Assembly: GCA_963706575.1 (NCBI GenBank)
Contig: CAVPNL010000004.1
Coordinates: 352,001-416,000 of the forward strand
DNA from: an uncultured delta proteobacterium
GTDB taxonomy: Bacteria; Desulfobacterota; Desulfobacteria; Desulfobacterales; JAHEIW01
DNA: 64,000 nucleotides
Direction of reading: 5' to 3'
Translations under genes and position numbers: made by a program
Shown here: positions 59,436 to 64,000 of the stretch, in pieces
How the letters are laid out: each line of letters begins with the position of its first letter
How positions within the stretch are numbered: the stretch's first letter is position 1
The notes under the pieces: model-generated
Seen by the model: only the letters and a program-made list of their open reading frames with translations
The model's database searches: none
Told to the model about the DNA's origin: nothing

Positions 59436-59522
59436 TTTCATTTCCTTTCTGAAAAAGGACCATTCATAAAGGCCGGCTGCTCATCAGCACCTTTTAAAGC
59501 GCTTGTCAGGTTATCTTTGAAA

Positions 59523-60725
59523 TCAGGCTTCAAGACATTTGCCTGCAAATGCCACCATTTCCTCGGTTGCATTGGAGAACTGCTCAGCGGTTTTCTCAAG
59601 TGCCGGATGCGTGTTGTATTCATCCCGCGAATAGCCATCCGCGGAACAGCCTCTTTCAAAATAGGGAACCCGCATGAGTTTATCCATTAGATCCTTGGGG
59701 ATATCTTCCAGGATACGATCTTTTTCAAAACTGATTTTTTCGATACCGGGCAGGAAAAGAACCTTATCGATAAAGCTGGGCGGGCAGGTCACAACGACGT
59801 CTGCACCGCTTTTTTCTTCCATATGCCAGATACGATTTTGGCCGTCAACGGTCGGGCCAACGATCAGTGAGCAGGACAGCATCTTGCTCGGCAGATCATT
59901 ATCCTTCAAATACTTGTAAGCCTTTTTGAAAACCGCCAGTTCAGCCAGTCGAATTTCACCGTCGGACAGCTCGATCCCCTTTTCAGCGGCAAAGTCTTTT
60001 AAACCACCGAGGTTACCAAATCGGCCTTCCATGTGGGTAATAACCGAGCGCCACTTACTCAAATCCACCCCGTTTTTCCGGGCGGTTTCAAGCCCCCTTT
60101 TGACAGTGTCGGCACAATCCACCAGCTGGGGCAAAACAAAGGTCAGGGTGTTGTTGGTGGGAATCCCTTTGGCTGTCAGGTATTCAATGACTTCGTAGCC
60201 CTGCTTGGAACCGGGAATCTTGATCATGACGTTGGGGTTAATCGCCGCTATTTCTTCGGCCTGACGGATCATGGCATCCTTATCAAACACGCTGCGCGGA
60301 TCCACCTGCCCCGAAAGAAAGCCTTCCTTGTAATTGCTGGCTTCAAATAACGGCAGATACATATCCGAGCCGCGTTTTACAACCGTCTTGTATAGCTCCC
60401 AGAAAAGCGCCTCTTTATCGAAATCCGGATTCTCAGCCAGAATGTCTTTCGCCACCTTTTCCCAGTAGGCGGGATCATCCTGAATGGCCTGCAGCGAAAG
60501 GGGTGGATTGGTGGTGACGCCCCTGAACAGTTGACTCATCGGATTGTCCCGGTCATACATTCGATTGAATTGCGTCTTTAATAAATCGCGGTCATTGGCA
60601 TCCGCCTTTTCCAATATTTTTTTGCACCAGTTTTCGAAAATAACAGGAGACGAATCCCACCAGATCTCCATACCCGGGCTGATGTCGACCAGCCTTTCAA
60701 AAAAATTTCTTTCTTCCATTGTCAT
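59523..60725 (-). CDS. Transaldolase-family protein (divergent)
   Basis: WWDS, GVTTNP, SGQVDPR, MIKIP (Schiff-base Lys) and NNTL motifs. Confidence 0.85.
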   Translation of the reverse strand: MTMEERNFFERLVDISPGMEIWWDSSPVIFENWCKKILEKADANDRDLLKTQFNRMYDRDNPMSQLFRGVTTNPPLSLQAIQDDPAYWEKVAKDILAENPDFDKEALFWELYKTVVKRGSDMYLPLFEASNYKEGFLSGQVDPRSVFDKDAMIRQAEEIAAINPNVMIKIPGSKQGYEVIEYLTAKGIPTNNTLTFVLPQLVDCADTVKRGLETARKNGVDLSKWRSVITHMEGRFGNLGGLKDFAAEKGIELSDGEIRLAELAVFKKAYKYLKDNDLPSKMLSCSLIVGPTVDGQNRIWHMEEKSGADVVVTCPPSFIDKVLFLPGIEKISFEKDRILEDIPKDLMDKLMRVPYFERGCSADGYSRDEYNTHPALEKTAEQFSNATEEMVAFAGKCLEA

Positions 60726-60757
60726 TCCTCCGAAAATGAGTGTTTGGTGTTTGGTGT

Positions 60758-61531
60758 CTAGTGTTTGGTGTTCAAGGTTTCAGAACTTGAGTGATATCTC
60801 CCCAGTTCAATTTCAAGCTTATATTTATCCCCCCTGTGATAGGAGTAAAGCAGTTCTATGGGAATGCTGTTTTCATCGAAGGTGAGGCTTTCGATAAAAA
60901 TGCCGGCGGAATTTTGGGGCAACTCCAAAATCGATGCGATGTTTTGGTTCAAATTCACCGCGCTGATGGTCTGTTTACAACGGGCAAGGGAGACCTTGAA
61001 GTGTTCGGTCATGATTTTGTACATCGAACCGATCAGGTTCATCTCCTGGATGCCGTCAAATATGTCGCTGGGCAGGTAACTTTCTTCATAGACATAGGGC
61101 GTGCCGTCACCAATTCTCACCCGTTGCACATGAATCACTTTTTTGTTGGAACCTAAAAATAAAACTTTGGCAATTTCATCTCCAGCCTGCTCAACCCGTT
61201 TTTCCAGAACCCGGGTACTTTGCGCGATGCCGCTGTCCTGCATCAAATCGGTGGTACTTGAAATGTGCTCGAGTTTATGCCTTAATTCGGCAGGCGTCGG
61301 CGCGGACACAAATGTGCCGGTCCCCTTCTCTTTGCGCAGCAGCCCCTTGGCGGTTAATTCCGCAATGGCCTGTCTGACCGTTGTGCGGGTAACATCACAC
61401 ATCCTGGCCAGTTCAACTTCGGATGGAAGCTGCTCACCCTTCTGGTATCTGCCGGTCTCAATGAGCTCGTTTAACCAGGCGCTGATCTGAATGTATTTGG
61501 GAATTGGGTTGGATGTGTCAACAATTTTCAT
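60758..61531 (-). CDS. GntR family regulator, HutC/UTRA subfamily
   Basis: PKYIQI, LPSE, RTTVRQA, G.GTFV, then UTRA domain ending RGDKY. Confidence 0.92.
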   Translation of the reverse strand: MKIVDTSNPIPKYIQISAWLNELIETGRYQKGEQLPSEVELARMCDVTRTTVRQAIAELTAKGLLRKEKGTGTFVSAPTPAELRHKLEHISSTTDLMQDSGIAQSTRVLEKRVEQAGDEIAKVLFLGSNKKVIHVQRVRIGDGTPYVYEESYLPSDIFDGIQEMNLIGSMYKIMTEHFKVSLARCKQTISAVNLNQNIASILELPQNSAGIFIESLTFDENSIPIELLYSYHRGDKYKLEIELGRYHSSSETLNTKH

Positions 61532-61642
61532 CGGGTCATCCTTTTTAATCGGCGCAGCTCATGTCGGTAGAAACCCAAAAAAAGGAATGCGCGCTCTCGC
61601 AGCACCCAAGATGCTGTTTTCACTTATGCAGTGCTTATAAAA

Positions 61643-61850
61643 CCTAAGTTGAGCGATTGTCGAGGTTGCCGCAGCTACAAGGAAGATGTCGTTGCGCTAT
61701 AGCTGACTATGCGGGACGGCATCTGACGCGGTAGATGCGGTAAGATCGGCAATCCCGCAGGGTTTCAAATTTTAAAAATATCAATCGACAGAATTCCTTG
61801 AATATAAGACAAAATGATCCATTTTAAAAATTTGAAACGCTCAATTTAGG
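61643..61850. mobile_element. 208-bp MITE with 5-bp direct repeat
   Basis: IRs CCTAAGTTGAGCG / CGCTCAATTTAGG flanked by TAAAA on both sides. Confidence 0.78.
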
Positions 61851-61896
61851 TAAAAGAAAGTAGGCACAGAACTGGATAGTCGACTAAATGTTTAGA

Positions 61897-61906
61897 TGTA
61901 TATACA
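61897..61906. promoter_or_regulatory. Candidate HutC-type GntR operator
   Basis: Perfect palindrome TGTATATACA matches GT-N-TA-N-AC, in the divergent region next to the GntR gene. Confidence 0.55.
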
Positions 61907-62018
61907 ATAAATCGGATATGCATTGCAACCTAATTTTTTAAATAAATGGGACTTGACAATGAAGTTTTTAAAGTAAGTTTAATACTTAACCAAATGCGGA
62001 AATCGGTGAGGAAAAACA

Positions 62019-63794
62019 ATGACCATCTGGCTGGTGACCCTTATTTTAGTTGTGGCGATGCTTTTGTTGATAACCGAGAAGCTACCGGTGGATCTGACTT
62101 CAATCGGTATCATCGTCGTATTGACAGGCAGCGGAATTTTAGCACCAACCGAAGCCATCGCGGGCTTTGCGAACCCGGCGGTCATAACTGTTGGTGCTAT
62201 GTTTCTGATCAGCAAAGGCATGATCCGCACCGGGGCCGTCGCATTTATCAGTCAAAAAGTAATTGAGTATTCCCGCGGCAGACCGACCCTGGCCATATTT
62301 TTAATCCTGGCCATCGTGGGTACGGCTTCGGCCTTTATTAACAACACCCCCGTTGTGGTTCTGTTTATCCCTATTATTTTAAGTCTCAGCTGCGAACTGG
62401 ATTTCAGCCCGTCCAAATTTTTGATCCCGGTTTCCTATGCTTCCATTTTGGCCGGCACCTGTACGTTGATCGGGACTTCGACCAATATCATTATCAGTGA
62501 TTTGAGTGCCGCACACGGCTTCGGGCCTTTGGGCATGTTTGAGCTTTCACCGCTGGGCCTGCCCATCGCCCTGCTGGGTATATTTTTCCTGATTTTTGCT
62601 GCACCGAAACTGATGCCGAGTATGCACAATCCGGCCTGTGAGCTCAAGGATTCGGAGCATCGGCGTTACCTTGCCGAATTCCAGGTCCCGCGCGAAAGCC
62701 CCATCATCGGTGAAAACCCGAATTCCTACTTTACCGGAAAGTACCCCAGCATGGAAGTACTCGAATTGATCCGGTATTCGCATGTTTTTTATCCGGACCG
62801 GGATCCGGTAAAAATCGCACCCGATGACCTGCTGCTGGTGAAAGGTTCGGCCAATGACCTGGTTGAAATTCTCAACGAAGATGCTGTGGATCTGCCCATG
62901 GCGGAAAAAGATATAAATTTCGCGGCCGAACAAAAGGAATCGCTGATCGTTGAGCTGATCATACCGCCGCAGTCAAGGCTTTTGGGTGAGCGGCTGGTGG
63001 CAAGCCGCCTGCAGCGGGATCCGGATATCCATATCATCGCTATTAAGCGCAGGGAGCTTCATTATGCCGAGCCAAAAGTCAAAGACATCCGGTTAAAAAT
63101 CGGCGACATCCTTCTGGTTCGTCTACCGGAATCATCGGTGGAACGACTGCGCGGCGAGACGGATTTCATCATCGTCGAAGACGTCCATCATGAAATTGTG
63201 CACAAAAGACTGGCGCGACGCGCGTTCCTGATTTTCGGGGCGATGATTGTGACTGCCAGCACCGGGATGGCGGATATTTTAACTTGTGCCATGGCAGCTG
63301 CCTTTCTGATGCTTTTAAGCGGATGCCTGCAGTTGCGAGACGCCTATCGGGCCATGGACGGCCGGGTTCTTTTAATTATTATTGCCATGATTGCACTGAG
63401 TGCCGCGCTGGAAAAAACAGGCGCCTCCGAACTTTATGCCGGCGCATTTCTCAGCCTGCTCAAGGGGCTCAGTCCGGCTTATGTCCTGAGCGGGGTCATT
63501 TTGCTGACCAGCATCAGCACGCATGTATTAAGCAACAACGCCACCGCGATTCTGCTGCTGCCCATTGCGATTTCGGCCGCCCAGGGTATGGGGGTCGACC
63601 CCAAACCGTTTATCATTGCGGTTTGCTTTGGCGCCAGCGCCTGTTTTGCAACACCGATCGGTTATCAAACGAATTTGCTGGTGTATGGTCCCGGCGGGTA
63701 CCGCTTCAACGATTACTTCAAACTGGGAATGCCGCTGAATTTGCTTGTTTTGGTGATGGGTTCCCTTTTCATCCCAATGATCTGGTCATTTTAA
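62019..63794 (+). CDS. SLC13 family permease with TrkA-C domains
   Basis: SAFINNTPVV, TLIGTSTN, LSNNATA and TPIGYQTN motifs. Confidence 0.9.
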   Translation: MTIWLVTLILVVAMLLLITEKLPVDLTSIGIIVVLTGSGILAPTEAIAGFANPAVITVGAMFLISKGMIRTGAVAFISQKVIEYSRGRPTLAIFLILAIVGTASAFINNTPVVVLFIPIILSLSCELDFSPSKFLIPVSYASILAGTCTLIGTSTNIIISDLSAAHGFGPLGMFELSPLGLPIALLGIFFLIFAAPKLMPSMHNPACELKDSEHRRYLAEFQVPRESPIIGENPNSYFTGKYPSMEVLELIRYSHVFYPDRDPVKIAPDDLLLVKGSANDLVEILNEDAVDLPMAEKDINFAAEQKESLIVELIIPPQSRLLGERLVASRLQRDPDIHIIAIKRRELHYAEPKVKDIRLKIGDILLVRLPESSVERLRGETDFIIVEDVHHEIVHKRLARRAFLIFGAMIVTASTGMADILTCAMAAAFLMLLSGCLQLRDAYRAMDGRVLLIIIAMIALSAALEKTGASELYAGAFLSLLKGLSPAYVLSGVILLTSISTHVLSNNATAILLLPIAISAAQGMGVDPKPFIIAVCFGASACFATPIGYQTNLLVYGPGGYRFNDYFKLGMPLNLLVLVMGSLFIPMIWSF

Positions 63795-63820
63795 AATTTT
63801 CAAGAATGATAGGGCGAAAT

Positions 63821-64000
63821 TTAAACCGCAACACCGTATTCCTCATTCATGAACTTCAGATTCCCGATTGCATTTTCATATTTGACCTTGCCGTAATTGT
63901 AATAGTCGAATTCGATTTTTGAGATATTGAGTTGAATCAGACTCCATAAAAACCAGTAAATGTCCGGGAATGGTTTAAACAGATCGATAAGATATAGCAC
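63821..64000 (-). CDS. C-terminus of a second choline/ethanolamine kinase-like protein (5' part outside the window)
   Basis: Manual translation ...DIYWFLWSLIQLNISKIEFDYYNYG...*, resembling the C-terminus of 46429..47310. Confidence 0.65.
   Translation of the reverse strand: MLYLIDLFKPFPDIYWFLWSLIQLNISKIEFDYYNYGKVKYENAIGNLKFMNEEYGVAV

Overview
Bacterial chromosomal window, probably from a sulfate-reducing deltaproteobacterium (Desulfobacterales-like). This is inferred from the gene families present, not established. No rRNA, tRNA or CRISPR array was seen. The first ~10 kb is an AT-rich accessory region. It holds a type IV pilin-like gene, a DjlA-like co-chaperone, a c-di-GMP-I riboswitch with terminator upstream of an unannotated 33-aa membrane peptide, an integrase-less integron cassette array (lipoprotein and aldo-keto reductase), a secreted caspase/DUF4384/lipoprotein locus with a duplicated variable C-terminal module, a MITE and an IS110 remnant. 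The rest is metabolic and regulatory: XdhC pair, RarD, acyl-CoA enzymes, a sigma54-driven receiver/CBS/DASS/ClC cluster, PiT with DUF47, a lone mevalonate-kinase-like gene, a polyamine ABC transporter, an FMN glutamate-synthase-domain gene followed by a GDH homologue lacking both catalytic residues, and a GntR-led putative amine catabolic cluster (transaldolase-like, two Ald, aminotransferase, GcvT-family oxidoreductase, ABC transporter, choline-kinase-like). Intergenic spaces are densely filled with MITEs, REP hairpins and 7/9/16-bp periodic inverted-repeat elements, often nested.
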